A stretch of 64,000 nucleotides of DNA from Mobula hypostoma (lineage: Eukaryota): assembly GCF_963921235.1 (NCBI RefSeq), contig NC_086108.1:100504001-100568000 (forward strand), given 5' to 3'. Below the pieces are notes generated by a model, which saw only the letters and a program-made list of their open reading frames with translations, did no database searches and was not told where the DNA came from. Positions within the stretch are counted from its first letter, which is position 1. Each line of letters starts with the position of its first letter. Positions 1 to 13,683 of this stretch are shown here, in pieces. The position numbers and the translations under genes were made by a program.

Positions 1-399
1 CTGTAGAAGATAACAAAACTCTATCAGTCTTCTTTGGGCTCTCTGTATGATTTCACCACCCCACAGCTTGAACAATGGAGATGCAGCTGGAATTTCTGGA
101 GATGTGTGGCAATCACACAATACAAATGGGAATTATCAAGACTGAGGTGCAGGAGGTTCATTTGCACTTATAGTAACTCTAGGAGGCATTTATGAACAAT
201 AAATCACTAACTAGTTTAACCCAGTTCTCCTGGGTTTGAAACACCATTCATTTTACCCATGATGTTTATCAACCTGAAACATAGGATGTGCCGGTGAATT
301 AGGGTACACGTTATCTCCCATCAAGGTAGTGAGATATCTATTTACTGGATGCCTGACTTTGCATTTCACGATACTTTTTTGGGGAGAGGGGATTCCGGT

Positions 400-545
400 T
401 CAGATTTATTTGTCACCCCAACATTGAAACCTACAGTGAAAGGTATCGTTTTGCGTTAACAACCAACATCAGTCATTGGCATGTTAAGGGGCAGTCTGCA
501 AGTGTCGATGTACATTCCGGCGTCAGCATATCGTGGCTACTGTAC
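400..545 (-). mobile_element. SINE 3' portion (same family as 12390-12545 and 36815-36965)
   Basis: Similar to 36815-36965 (tttatttgtcac...aacaaccaaca...ggggcag) and reverse-complement similar to 12390-12545. Confidence 0.5.
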
Positions 546-1231
546 TTAGCAGAACAGCACAGAACAAAACAATGAAACAGAACATACTGAGAGACACAGC
601 AACAACAGCAAAACAAGCCCCGTTCCTCCAACTCGCTCACCCATGCACACACGCAGTCCTCCAGCCTCAGGACAAGCTGTCTTCAGCCTCCAGCAGACTG
701 GTGGATTCTCAGGCTTCAGGCCTACGACTTCTCCATTGGACTCACAGACCCGCGGCTGTCTGGAGGGGAGGGGAGCACAGTCCAGAATGAGCACATCCAC
801 ATTCAGGAATCAAGCCTCATCCCTTAGATTCCACACAGAATTTTTAAAAAAAGTTTAAAATGATCAGAACTAGGGACTGTGTGCACATGTCAGTGCTATT
901 GAATTATCAGTCCTTGTAACAGGCAGAGTAATTAATTTTATTTTTGTGCTTTGCACAGAAGCTACACGCGAGACCTGACCAATATCTGCAGACATAATTG
1001 CATGTTTACTAGGCAATTTTGTCAGTCAAGTCAATTTTGGCCCCTCTGGTAAATTGTGTTTACCTACACTGCATTCCTGAAGGTGAACACCTGGTGCATT
1101 TTCAGAGTCAGCTGAGCACTTGGAATTAAGAAGCTCCTGCAGATAATGTCTCGAAGCAAGATTTTACTATAAGGTTTGTTCTGCCCTGCCCTTATTTTAA
1201 TGAACAAATTAAAATTTATTTAATTTTTTTT

Positions 1232-1810
1232 TATTTAGAGACACAGCACATTAAAAGGCCCTTCCGGCCCACAATCCCACACCACCCAATTACACTCACG
1301 TGACCAATTAACTAATTAACTGTACATCTTGGATCTTAGGATAGATAGGGTAAATGCAAGCAGGATTTTTCCACTGAGGTTGGCTGGGACTGCAACCAGA
1401 GATCATAGGTTAAGAATGAAAGGTGAAATGTTTAAGGGGAACATGAGGGGCAACTTCTTAACTCAGAGGGTGGTGAAAGTGTGGAACGTGTTGCCAGCAG
1501 AAGTGGTGGATGCAGGTTTGACTTAGCATTGAAGAGAAATTTGGATCGGTACATAGTTGGGAGGGGTATGGAGGGCTTTGGTCTGGGTGCAGGTTGATGG
1601 GACTAGGCTGCATAATGGTTTGATGTGGACATGACGGGCTGACGGGCCTGTTTCTATGCTGTAGTGCTGTATGACTTCCATGACTCCATCTTTGCAAAGT
1701 GGGAGAAAACTGGAGCACCACACGGTTACGTGGAGAACACACAATCTCTTTACAGACAACGACAGAACTGCACATGAGTCACTGGTGCTATATTAGGGTT
1801 ATGTAAAGTG
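1232..1810 (-). mobile_element. V-SINE-like tRNA-derived SINE split by a CR1 fragment
   Basis: Halves ...tgtacatctttgga (about 1330) and gtgggagaaaactggagcacc (about 1700) join to match the intact copy at 29690-29953. Confidence 0.55.
1335..1685 (+). mobile_element. CR1 LINE 3' fragment
   Basis: ORF2 C-terminal motif 'RDHRLRMKGEMFKGNMRGNFLTQRVVKVWNVLP', followed by a CR1-type 3' hairpin and short tail repeat. Confidence 0.85.
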
Positions 1811-2416
1811 TCAACATCTATGGAAATAATTCCATGTTAACAACAGCCCATGACCTGCTTCCTGTCTAAAACACTTCATTCCAATGATTCTTAATACTCT
1901 TCGTTAGATTTACAAAATACAAACTTTCACGTTCTTCTCCATTAAAATAAATTCCTCCATTTTTTCAGTTCTATATGGCAATTTTTAAAAATTATTATTC
2001 ATATAAAAAAATATGAAGACATCAGCAACGGCACCGAAGACACTCACAAGGATGGTATGGGAGAGGTTATAAGACAAGGAAACATAAGAGCAGAGTGGGG
2101 CCATTCAACCCATCGAGTCTGCTCCATCATGACCCAGCTGTTCCTTTCCTTGGCAAAGGCACTGAGTTCTTTATGACAGTTAAACAAACATTTGATAATT
2201 GGAGCACTGCTGCTTGTGGGGAAGCACAAAATGCGAGGACTTTACACGCAAGATAGTCCAATCGAGAATTTGAGAGAAGATTTCTTTCTTCTACCCAGAT
2301 TGTTAAAAACATGGAAACTACTAACACAAGGAGTATTTTTGGAGATTAAATCTAAAGGGAGACTGGGTAAACATGTCAGTGAAGAAGAATGAGAAGGTAA
2401 TGCTAAGAATTCAGTT

Positions 2417-2512
2417 AGTCCTGACAAAGGGTCTCAGCCCAAAACATCGACTACACCTCTTCCTAGAGATGCTGCCTGACCTGCTGCGTTCACCAGCAAC
2501 TTTGATGTGTGT
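2417..2512 (+). mobile_element. PLE-derived short repeat with degenerate minimal hammerhead motif
   Basis: agtc-ctgacaa-agggtctcagccc-aaaacatc-gact; nearly the same as 18741-18790 and 32970-33033. Confidence 0.75.
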
Positions 2513-2569
2513 TGACAGCATCATTATTCCATTTTCTGCACTATTTATTTATTTTCACTCCAAGAGAAC

Positions 2570-5110
2570 CACAAGCTTGTGGTTTGGAGGCTTGCATACC
2601 TCAATGACCTGGAGAGCTACAGTATGTTGGCTGGAGACCAGGCGGACAGGTCAAAAACCCTCTCTGGGAAGAGTAAAGGAGGTGGGGTATGCTTCATGGT
2701 CAACAATGCTTGGTGTGACCCCCAGACCGTGCATGCCCTCAAATCCTTTTGTTCCCCAGATCTGGAGTACCTTGTGCTGCTGTGTAGATCTTTCTGGCTG
2801 CCTAGGGAATTCACGACTGTTATTATCACAGCCGTGTATATTCTGCCACAGGGTGATACTGACCTGGCTCTTAAGGAACTGCACGAAGCCATCAGCACCC
2901 TGGAGACTGCGCATCCAGGTGAGCACACAGGGAGATAGCATACTCGACCACTGCCACTCTCCCTTCCGCAATGCTTACAAAGCACTCCTCTGCCCACCAT
3001 TCGGAAAATCAGATCGCTCCTCCATCTTGCTGTTTGCTGAGGTACAGGCAGAAGCTGAAACAAGAGGCGGCCATAGTTAACACCGTCCACTGTTGGTCTG
3101 ACCAATCAGTCTCCATGCTACAGGACTGCTTCGATGACGTCAACTGGAATGTCGTCCATGATGAGGATATCTCCCAGTTCACGGAAGAGATATGAGCTTC
3201 ATCCAGAAGTGCATCGAGGATGTTGTCCCTCGAAAAAAAAATCGGTCAGGGTCTATCCAAACCAGAAACCCTGGATCAACGGTTCCGTGCGAGCAGCACT
3301 AACAATGCAAGACAGAGCCTACGTTGCCAGTAATTAACAAGAATTTAAGAAATGCAGCTACGATCTGCGCAAAGTCATCAAGGCATTGAAACAACAATAC
3401 AGGGAGAAGATTCAGACAAAACTCTCCACCAACAGCACATGCAGCTTATGGCAAGGTCTACACACCGTCACAGACTTCAAAGCTAAACACAATAAGTTTT
3501 CAACATTGCTGCTTCTCTCCCAGATGAGCTAAATCTTTTTTATGCTCGATTCGATGCTGCCAACACTGAGCCCCTGAGGAGAGCCCCCAGAGTGACCGCA
3601 CCTTGGTCATCTCTGAGGCCAAGGTACTCAGGTGTTTCCAACGAGTGGACAGTCGCAAGGCCGTGGGACCGGACAGCATCCCTGGGCATGTACTCAGGGT
3701 GTGTGTGGTACAACTGGCAGGTGTGTTCACGGACATTTTTAATCTCTCCCTCTCCCAGCGTAGAGTGCCCTCCTGCTTCAAAACATCCTGTACCAAAAAA
3801 GACCAAGGTAACATGGCGTCCTGTCGCACTCACCCCATTTATAAGCAAGTGCTTTGAGATGCTGGCCAAGGACTACATCTACAGCATGCTACCACTCACA
3901 CTGGAACCCTTCCAATTCGCCTACCGACACAACCGATCGACAGATGACGCAATAGCTGCAGCTCTACACACTGTCCTTACACAAGTGGAGAAGAAGGATA
4001 TTATGTGAGAATTATGTTCTTCCGCTGTAGTTCAGCATTCAACACCATAATTCCTCCAGGCTCGACGAGTAGCTCAGACCTAGGCCTTCACCCTGCCTTG
4101 TGCTGCTGGATCCTGGACTTCCTGTCAGACCGCCGGCAGGTGGTAAGAGTGGGCTCCCTCACCTCTGCCCCTCTGACTCTCAACACAGGTGCCCCTCCGG
4201 GCTGTGTCCCAAATCCCCTCATTTACTCGCTGTATACCCATGACTGTGTCGCCACCCACAGCTCCAATCTGTGAATTAAACTTGCTGACAATACTATACT
4301 GATTGGCCTAAACTCAAATAATAACGAGGCCGCCTACAGAGAACAAGTCATCACCCTGACACAGCGGTGTCAATAAAACAACCTCTCCCTCAATGACGTA
4401 AAAACAAAGGAGCTGGTTGTGGTCTACAGGAGGAATGGAGACAGGCTAACTCCTATTGATATCTATGGATCTATGGTTGAGAGGGTGAATAGCTTTAAGT
4501 TCCCCAACATACACATCACTGAGGACCTCACGTGGTCTACCATACTGGCTGTGTTGTGATAAAGGCACTACAGCACCTCTTTCACCTCAGACGATTGAAG
4601 AAGTTTGGTATGGGTCCCCAAATCCTAAGAACTTTCTACAGGGGCACAATTGAGAGCATCCTGACTGGCTGCATCACTGCCTGGTATGGGAACTGTACCT
4701 CCCTTAATCGTAGGACTCTGCAGAGAGTGGTGCGGACAGCCCAATGCATCTGTAGATGTGAACTTCCCACTATTCAGGACATTTACAAAGACAGGCATGT
4801 AAAAAGGGCCTGAAGGATCATTGGGGACCTGAGTCACCCCAACCATAAACTGTTCCAAATACTACCATCCAGGAAACAGTACCACAGCATAAAAGCCAGG
4901 ACCAAAAGGCTCCGGGACAGCTTCTTCCACTAGGTCATCTGACTGTTTAATTCATGCTGTTACAATTGTATTTCTATGTTATATTGACTGTCCTGTTGTA
5001 CATACTATTTATTATAAATTGCACATTGCCCATTTAGACTGAGACGTAATGTAAAGATTTTTACTCCTCTTGTATATGAAGGATGTAAGTAATAAAGTCA
5101 ATTCAATTCT
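2570..5110 (+). mobile_element. Rex1/Babar-type LINE, degenerate (APE endonuclease + RT)
   Basis: Fragments 'GGGVCFMVNNAWC', 'LPREFTTVIITAVYI', 'KAVGPDSIPG', 'QFAYRHNRSTDDAI', 'FYRGTIESILTGCITAWYG' in several frames; AATAAA plus (caatt)n tail near 5090-5110. Confidence 0.9.
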
Positions 5111-5111
5111 T

Positions 5112-5425
5112 TATGCTTTGGCTCTTGGTAGGGTCACCCAAGTCAAACAGGTCAAAGGGTAGAGGCCAGACTGAGAGTGGTCCACCGATCCTCCAGGTTC
5201 AAGGGTTCAACTCAGGGCTAACAGCCCTGACTGGTAGAGCACAATTTTTTACGGAAGCATCAATGAAGAACCCTTCCACATCTGTGTACGACAATATTCC
5301 TGATTCTCCACCCGGACATGCATGACTGACCCAGAACCACATCTGGGGCATAAAAGAGATGACAGCCAAAGATAGACAGAGATAGGGGAACTTCACAGCT
5401 GCCCTAAATGCCAGCAGTAAGTACA
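5112..5425 (+). mobile_element. Probable RTE-derived bipartite non-autonomous element
   Basis: 5' part resembles RTE/Expander 5' regions (gctcttggtagggtcaccc...ggccagact); 3' part resembles an RTE end (gccctaaatgccagcag). Recognition only, no alignment. Confidence 0.4.
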
Positions 5426-5616
5426 CAAGTTATTTATTTTGAGATTTTACAGTAACTTTAAGTCTTTGCATTTTACTGCGGCCACAAAATAACAAGTTTC
5501 ATGTCATATCCACCAGTGATAATGAATCTGATTCTGAACGTGAGCACACCTTGGAATATGCAGGCTTACCACCAACACTCTGAGTCCCCTGAAGCAATTT
5601 AGTATGTACCGATATT

Positions 5617-8315
5617 TCCCAGGGCCTGGGAAATGAATATTCAAGGGTATACGTCCTATCGAGAGGACAGACTGATGGGCAGAGGGGGTGGGGTGGCTCT
5701 GCTGGTGAGGAATGATATTCAGTCCCTTGCGAGTGGGGGACATAGAATCAAGAGACGTAGAGTCAGTATGGATAGAACTGAGAAATTCTAAGGGTAGAAA
5801 GACCCTAATTGGAGTTATTTGCAGGCCCCCAAACAGTAGTCTGGATGTAGGGTATAAGTTGAATCAAGAGTTAAAATTGGCATGTAGCAAAAGTAATGCT
5901 ACAGTTGTTATGGGGGATTTCAGCATGCAGGTAGACTGGAAGAATCAGGTTGGTACTGGACCCCAAGAAAGGGAGTTTGTGGAGTGCCTCTGAGATGTAT
6001 TCTTAGAATAGCTTGTACTGGAGCCGACCAGAGAGAAGGCAATTCTAGATTTAGTGTTGTGCAATGAACTGGATTTGATCAGGGACCTTAAGGTAAAGGA
6101 GCCATTAGAAGGTAGTGGCCATAATATGATAAGTTTTAATCTACAATTTGAGAGGGCGAAGGGAAACTCAGAAGTGTCAGTATTACAGTTGAACAAAGGG
6201 AACTATGGTGCTATGAGGGAGGAGCTGGCCAAAGTTTAATGGAACAATACCCTAGCAGGGATGACAGTGGAACAGCAATGGCAAGTGTTTCTGGGAATAA
6301 TGCGGAAGGTGCAGGATCAGTTCATTCCAAAGAGGAAGAAAGATCCTAAGGGGAGTAAGGGGAGGCCATGGCTGACAAGGGAAGTAAAGGACAGTATAAA
6401 TATAAAAGAGAAGAAGTATAACATAGAAAAGATGAATGGGAAACCGGAGGATTGGGAAACTTATAAAGAGCAACAGAAGGTAACTAAAAAGGTAATACGC
6501 GGAGAAAAAATGAGGTACGAAGGTAAACTAGCCAAGAATATAAAGGAGGATAGTAAAAGCTTCTTTAGGTATGTGAAAAGGAAAAAAATAGTTAAGACCA
6601 AAATTGGGCCCTTGAAGACAGAAACGGGTGAACTTATTGTGGGGAACAAGGAAATGACAGACGAGTTGAACAGGTACTTTGGATCTGTCTTCACTAGGGA
6701 AGACACAAACAATCTCCCAGATGTAATAGTGGCCAAAGGACCTAGGGTAATGGATGAATTGAAGGAAATTTATATTAGGCAGGAAATGGTGTTGGATAGA
6801 CTGTTGGGTCTGAAGGCTGATAAGTCCCCGAGACCTGATGGTCTACATCCCAGGGTACTTAAGGAGGTGGCTTTAGAAATTGTGGACACATTGATAATCA
6901 TTTTCCAATGTTCTAGAGATTCAGGATCAGTTCCTGTGAATTGGAGGGTGGCTAATGTTGTCCCACTTTTCAAGACAGGAGAGAGAGAGAAATCAGGGAA
7001 TTGTAGACCGGTTAGCCTGACGTCAGTGGTGGGAAAGATGCGGAGTCAATTATAAAAGATGAAATTACGACACATCTAGATAGCAGTAACAGGATCGGTC
7101 CGAGACAGCATGGATCTACGAAGGGGAAATCGTGCTTGACTAATCATCTGGAATTTTTTGAGGATGTAACTATGAAAATGGACAAGGGAGAGCCAGTGGA
7201 TGTAGTGTACCTGGAGTTTCAGAAAGCCTTTGATAAAGTCCCACCTAGGAGATTAGTGGGCAAAATTAGGGCACATGGTATTGGGGGCAGAGTACTGACC
7301 TGGGGTACGGCAAGGTTCAGTGCTGGGACTGCAGCTGTTTACAATATACATTAATGATTTAGATGAAGGGATTAAAAGTAACATTAGCAAATTTGCAGGT
7401 GACACAAAGCTGGGTGGCAGTGTGAAATGTGAGGAGGATGTTATGAGAATGCAGGGTGATTTGGACAGGCTGGGTGAGTGGGCAGATGCATGGCAGATGC
7501 AGTTTAATGTGGATAAATGTGAGGTTATCCACTTTGGTGGTAAGAACAGGAAGGCAGATTATTATCTAAATGTAGTCAAGTTAGGAAAAGGGGAAGTACA
7601 ATGAGATCTAGGTGTTCTTGTACATCAGTCACTGAAAGCAAGCATGCAGGTACAGCAGGAAGTGAAGAAAGCTAATGGCATGCTGGCCTTCATAACAAGG
7701 GAAATTGAGTATAGGAGCAAAGAGGTCCTTCTGCAGCTGTACAGAGCCCTGGTGAGACCACACCTGGAGTATTGTGTGCAGTTTTGGTCTCCAAATTTGA
7801 GGAGAGACATTCTTGCTATTGAGGGAGTGCAACGTAGGTTCACAAGGTTAATTCCCGGGATGGCGGGACTGTCATATGTTGAGAGATTGGAACGACTAGG
7901 GTTGTATACACTGGAATTTAGAAGGGTGAGAGGGGATCTGATTGAAACATATAAGATTATTAAGGGATTGGACACGCTGGAGGCAGGAAGCATGTTCCCA
8001 CTGATGGGTGAGTCCAGAATCAGAGGCCACAGTTTAAGATTAAGGGGTAGGCCATTTAGAACGGAGTTGAGGAAAAACTTTTTCACCCAGAGAGTGGTGG
8101 ATATGTGGAATGCTCTGCCCCAGAAGGCAGTGGAGGCCAAGTCTCTGGATGTTTTCAAGAAAGAGATGGATAGAGCTCTTAAAGATAGCAGAATCAAAGG
8201 TTATGGGGATAAAGCAGGAACTGGATACTGATTGTGGATGATCAGCCATGATCACAGTGAATGGCGGTGCTGGCTCGAAGGGCCGAATGGCCTACTCCTG
8301 CACCTATTGTCTACT
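5617..8315 (+). mobile_element. CR1 LINE, 5'-truncated ORF2 with stops, frameshifts and an internal deletion near 7300
   Basis: APE motifs 'ESVWIELRN', 'VMGDF'; RT motifs 'KSPRPDGLHPRVLKE', 'ISKFAGDTKL', 'LVRPHLEYCVQFWSP'; 3' hairpin ctcgaagggccgaatggcct. Confidence 0.95.
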
Positions 8316-8569
8316 CCCCAGCTCTCGACCAACGGCTCTTTGAATCTTAATGTTCAACAGTGAGTGTCTACAGCATTTCAATAATGATGTCCTTGGAGAT
8401 GGAATGCATTTTACCACTCTTCATTTAGAACCTCAACATTCACCTCCAATGGTCCCTCTGCCTTTCGGTTTGTGGGCATTTTAGTTTCCATTGTGGGCGG
8501 GCTATACTGGAGCCGGAAACATGGCAACCCTTGCAGGCAGCCCTCAGCATTTCTCAGACTGTGTTGGTC

Positions 8570-9095
8570 AAAGATTCAAAGTCTCAAAGTACATTTATTT
8601 TCAAAGTATGTTTGCAGTACACAACACTGAGATTTGAAAACCCTGGAACCTGCCCAAAGAAAAACATCGAGCAACACCCCTCTCCCCCACGTGCAAATGG
8701 CAAAAAAAAAGAAAAACACAGAATACAAAATACTAAAATGAAAGAGTCACGGCATAGTCAATTCAGCTCAGTCCAGTTAAATCTAGTGCAGTGTTCTCTG
8801 CAGGCCACCCCGATCAAAATCGCCCAAAATTGCAACAAAAAAGGAAACACAAAAACCAGAAACAATCATAATGTGATCTACAGACTCCAATTCACAAATG
8901 TGCCAATTAAACCTTGCCCTAGACCCAGGATTCCAGCACCATCTTCCAGCAGCATTGAGTGAGAGGGAGAGAGAGACCATCACACGCAGTCACCCCCTCT
9001 CCAGCAGCATTGGCGAGAGGCTAGTAGACGGCGCCAAACACCTACCCGCCTTCCACTCACTCCTCGACGGTTTCATTGCTCCCCGATCTGTCTGA
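8570..9095 (-). mobile_element. Non-coding non-autonomous retroelement with LINE-like tail
   Basis: Tail tcaaagtacatttatt (aataaatgtactttga on the - strand) is shared with copies near 12119 and 36145; no coding homology seen. Confidence 0.45.
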
Positions 9096-9729
9096 ATACC
9101 ACACAAAGGAAGATTTTACACTGTATCTCAGTCCATGTGACAATAATATGAAAACAAGATTTATATTTCCTCATAACATAGCAGGAATCCATTGAGTCAT
9201 TGACCCTTCCCAGAGCATTCCCGTCAAACCCATTCCCCTTTTATCTCCCTGCAACTAATTTCTCTTACATGCCTATCAACTCACCAAGTCTCCTGCCCCC
9301 TTACTACACTACACTAGCCACGTAACCTATCTAGATGCATCTAGATGAGTCACAGCTCTCCCAGATCAAACCGTGGAAATTCTGCAAAAGTCCCTCTATT
9401 GTCATTGGCTTTGTCCCTTTCTTGGTGGTGCAGTCAAACTGAACCAGACCAGTTGTAATTTTACTGTCTTGTTTGGCATGGAACTAAGCTCCAAATTTCA
9501 CCATCCACCCACTGCAAAAATCACTCATTTCAACTTCTTCAACATGAGTAATCACTCCCTACCTCATCCCCTCCACTGTTGACACCACTCCAGTCACCAC
9601 TGTCTCTCTGCCCTTATTAGACTCCCTTTACCCAGCCTCAAAGAGCCTCAGTTTCACCCTAAACTCTACTCACCACACTCTAATCTGTACAAAACCTACT
9701 GCACTATGGTCTATCACTTATCCCTGTAA

Positions 9730-9900
9730 CAGGAGGAACTTGGCGAGTCAGCAGCATTTGTGAAGGGAAAGGAATTATCTGTGGGATTTCGACCAGAAAC
9801 ATAAACAGTACCATCCCTCCCACAGATCTGCTCAGCCCATTGAATTCCTTCCTCAGATTGCTCTTTGCTCCACATTACAGAATCTGCTGCAATCTTGTGG
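9730..9900. mobile_element. Old degenerate PLE-derived fold-back repeat
   Basis: ggaggaacttggcgagtcagcagcat...gaccagaaacat...cagatctgctcagccc...; same inverted layout as 32884-33070. Confidence 0.45.
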
Positions 9901-10452
9901 CTCATCACTTATCCTTGCCTGAGCTACCTCATCTTCTCATCCTCTACACATTCAGTACTGTCTAGAAATCCCTTGTTCTACCAATCTTTTCATGTTTCAG
10001 TAGGTTTCAGTAGATTTCAATAGGTATATTTAATGTCAGAGAAATGTATACAATATACATCCTGAAATTCTTTTTCTTCGCAGACATCCATGAAAACAGA
10101 GGAGTGCTCCAAAGAATGAATGACAGTCAAATGTTAGAACCCAAAGCCCTCCCACACACAAGCAGCAGCAAAGGCAATGAACCTCCTCCCCCACCAGCAA
10201 AAAAAGCATCGACGTCCCCCACTGAGCACTCGAGTATGCGGCAAAGCATCAATAAAGACACAGACTTGCAGTACCCCAAAGATTACTCATTCACCCGGTA
10301 TTTGACATACCACAGGCTCTCTCTCTCTCTCCCTAGTAAGGGAAAAAGAAGTGTCCTATTTCACAGCGAGAGGGGAAACATAACAAACAACCTACTGATT
10401 TATGATGTTAAAAGTCTATTGTCGCTTTTTAGGAACAAAAGCTTGTTTCTCA

Positions 10453-10918
10453 TATGAGAAATGTTTGATGGCTCTGGGTCTGTACTCAATGGAAATCAGA
10501 AGGATGAGGGGGGATTTCATTGAAAACTTTTGAATGTTGAAAGGCCTAGACAGAGTATATGTGCAGAGGATGTTTCCCATGGTGGGAGAGTCCAGGACAA
10601 GAGGGCACAGCTCAGGATAGAGGGGCGCCCTTTCAAAACAGAGATGTGAAGAAATTTCTTTAGCCAAAGAGTGGTAAATTTGTGGAATTTGTTGCCGCAT
10701 GCAGCTGTGGAGGCCAGGTCGTTGGGTGTATTTAAGGCAGAGATTAATAGGTTCTTGATTGGACATGGCATCAAAGGTTACAGGGAGAAGGCCAGGAAGT
10801 GAGGTTGAGGAGGAGATTAAAAAAAAGGATTGGCTATGATTGGATGGCGGAGCAGACTCGATGGGCCAGATGGCCTAATTCTGCTCGTATGTCTTATGGA
10901 CTTATGGTGTTATGGTCT
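10453..10918 (+). mobile_element. CR1 LINE 3' fragment
   Basis: Close match to 28280-28725 (end of ORF2, 3'UTR, hairpin, tail). Confidence 0.9.
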
Positions 10919-11039
10919 TTTGCCGAGCTCTGGTCCCAGTGAGTTCAGGTTTCTTGTTACACAGCCCACGGCAGCTAACCAGATTCTCCTGATGTTCCAT
11001 GCTGTCCCGCAACACCTCAGTCAGGGGCTCTGGCCTTGA

Positions 11040-11670
11040 ATGATCTGGACTGGACTGGTGAAAGAACACTGAGGCTGTCTACAAGAAGGGTCAGAGCCGT
11101 CTCTATTTCCTGAGGAGACTGAGGTCCTTTAACATCTGCTGGACTATGCTGAGGATGTTCTACGAGTCTGTGGTGGCCAGTGCTATCATGTTTGCTGTTG
11201 TGTGCTGGGGCAGCAGGCTGAGGGTAGCAGACACCAACAGAATCAACAAACTCATTCGTAAGGCCAGTGTTGTTGTGGGGATGGAACTGGACTCTCTGAC
11301 GGTGGTGTCTGAAAAGAGGATGCTGTCCAAATTGCATGCCATCTTGGACAATGTCTCCTATCCACTACATAATGTACTGGGTGGGCACAGGAGTACATTC
11401 AGCCAGAGACTCATTCCACCGAGATGCAACACAGAGCGTCATAGGAAGTCATTCCTGCCTGTGGCCATCAAACTTTACAACTCCTCCCTTGGAGGGTCAG
11501 ACACCCTGAGCCAATAGGCTGGTCCTGGACTTATTTCCTGGCATAATTTACATATTACTACTTAATTATTTATGGTTTTATTACTATTTAATTATTTATG
11601 GTGCAACTGTAACGGAAACCAATTTCCCCCGGGATCAATAAAGTATGACTATGACTATGACTATGACTAT
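11040..11670 (+). mobile_element. Rex1-type LINE 3' fragment (young)
   Basis: ORF 11146-11517 'FYESVVASAIMFAVVCWGS...RHRKSFLPVAIKLYN'; AATAAA plus (atgact)n tail. Confidence 0.9.
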
Positions 11671-11994
11671 AATCAGCCCTTCTCCAGAACTGCTAGACTT
11701 CCAGGCCAGGTCCTTGGGATATCAAAAAGCAGCCGGTCGTGAGGCCCTGAGAGCGGGTCCTATTCCTGCAAAGAACTGAAGTCAGAGGGTAACTCCAGGT
11801 TAGGGTTTTCAAAAGAACCTTGAAAAGGGAAAAAAAGAGATTTCTAAGATAGAAATAGAGCTGTTTCCGAAGGTGCAAGCAAAAGCATTGCTGTCTAGTG
11901 CCATCATCACTTCGGGACATGTTTCTCTAGTCTTTGGCCCCTCTCTAATGTTTACTGATTTCTTCAAAATCCTCTATGCCAGGAGGGTGGGGAG

Positions 11995-12545
11995 GGGTCA
12001 CGGTAGCATAGCGTTAGTGGAATGCTTTACACCCTCTGTGATCAGCAACTGGGGTTCAATTCCCACAAAAGTCTATCAGGAGTTTGTATATACTCTCTGT
12101 GACCAAACATTCAAAGATTCAAAGTACATTTATTATCAAAGCATGCATGCAGTATACAACCCCGAGATTCATCTTCCCCACAGACAGCCACAAAACAAAG
12201 AAAACCATGGAACCTGTTCAAAGAAAAACATCAACCCACCTCCCCACATGTAAAAAAAAACACACAAAGAGCAACAAAATAAAAACAAATACAAAACATA
12301 GAATATAAAGCACGAAATCAAAAGAGTTCAGACATATTCATTTCAGCTCAGTTTTCATTATCTGCAGGCCTCCCATATTCTGAAGACATACAGATTAGGG
12401 TTAAGAAGTTGTGGGCATGCTATGTTGGTGACAGAAGCGTAGTAACACTAGCAGACTGCCCCCACGGGTTGTGTTGGTCACTGATGCAAATGACGCACTT
12501 CACTGTGTGCTTCATTGTACATGTGACAAATAAAGCTAATCTTTA
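11995..12545 (+). mobile_element. V-SINE-like element interrupted by a non-autonomous retroelement (about 12110-12365, - strand)
   Basis: tRNA-like head ggtagcatagcgttag...ggggttcaattccc; 3' part ends tgtgacaaataaagctaat. Confidence 0.6.
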
Positions 12546-12737
12546 TCCTTCATTATGTAGGCTGGATTTTCAGCTGCTTCTTGCCTGTTTGAAACTTTCT
12601 CCCTAACATCTTTCCAAACGCTCGTCCCTTGTTCCACCTTCAAAAGTATTCCCATGACACCTTGACCTGCACTCCTTTGCTCTGAGGACAATAAGAGATT
12701 CCAGTTGCTTGTGTCTGGAACATCAACAAGATTATCT

Positions 12738-12875
12738 TCGTCTTGATGAAGGGTCTTGGCTCAAAATGTCTCCTGTTTATTCCACTCCATAGATGCTACC
12801 TGACCTGCAGAGTTTGTCTGACATTTTGTGTGTGTCGCTCTGGATTTCCAGCATCTGCAGAATCTCTTGTGTGTG
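12738..12875 (+). mobile_element. PLE-derived repeat with degenerate hammerhead motif (older subfamily)
   Basis: ttgatgaagggtcttggctcaaaatgtc...atagatgctacctgacctgc...tccagcatctgcagaatctcttgtg. Confidence 0.65.
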
Positions 12876-13148
12876 TGAATGATGTGTGAGCCAGATTGGA
12901 TGCATCCTATAGTGCATTGATAAAATGATTTGTAAGGGTCAATGTGGCACAGAGTTTGGGTGAGTGACAAGTTTCTGAAGCATAGCACAAGGGAGGTCAG
13001 CCACTGGTGAATTGGAATGGTTAAGTCTCGAAGTAAGAATGACCTGATTAGTAAAGGCTCCGGTGAAATGAGAGGAGACTTACGGAAGTGATCAGTCGCC
13101 ACATGTCCTGGGACATCTTGCTCTGTGAAAGATGCTAAATAACTTAAG

Positions 13149-13683
13149 AACACAAGAGATTCAGCAGATGCTGGAAATCCAGAATAACACACACAAAATG
13201 GTGATGGAACTCAGCAGATCAGGCAGCATCTATGGAGAGGAATAAAGAGTTGACGTTCCAGGCCGAGACCTTTCATCAGTCCTGAAATATCAACTCTCTA
13301 TCCCTCTCTACAGAGAGAGTCATTGAAAATGGCTGCATGGAAACAGGCCCTTCAGCCCTTCTAGTCCATGCCAACCCAATTAAACTGTCTAGTCCCATCA
13401 ACCTGAACCTGGATCTGGATCCTCCATACCCTTCCCATCCATGTACAGTATCTGTCCAAACTTCTCAAGATCACATCCACCACTTGCACTGGCAGCTGCT
13501 TCCACATTCTCACCATCCTCTGAGTGAAGAAGTTTTCCCTCAGGTTCCTATAAATATTTCACCTCTCAACCTTAACCTGTAACCTCTGGTTATAGTCTCA
13601 CCCAACCACGGTGGAAAAAGCCTGTTTGTGTTTAGCCTGCCGGTCCAACCTGCTGAGATCCTCCAGCATTGTGTGTGTGTTAC
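13149..13683. mobile_element. PLE-derived fold-back repeat interrupted by a CR1 3' fragment (13316-13635, - strand)
   Basis: Left arm aacacaagag...ttgacgttccaggccgagacctttcatcag; right arm resumes after the CR1 fragment at aacctgctgagatcctccagcatt. Confidence 0.65.

Noticed and set aside
61..150. Possible exon (ccacag...ag|gtgcag) open in one frame
   Set aside because: Weak donor, no recognisable protein, and no partner exons.
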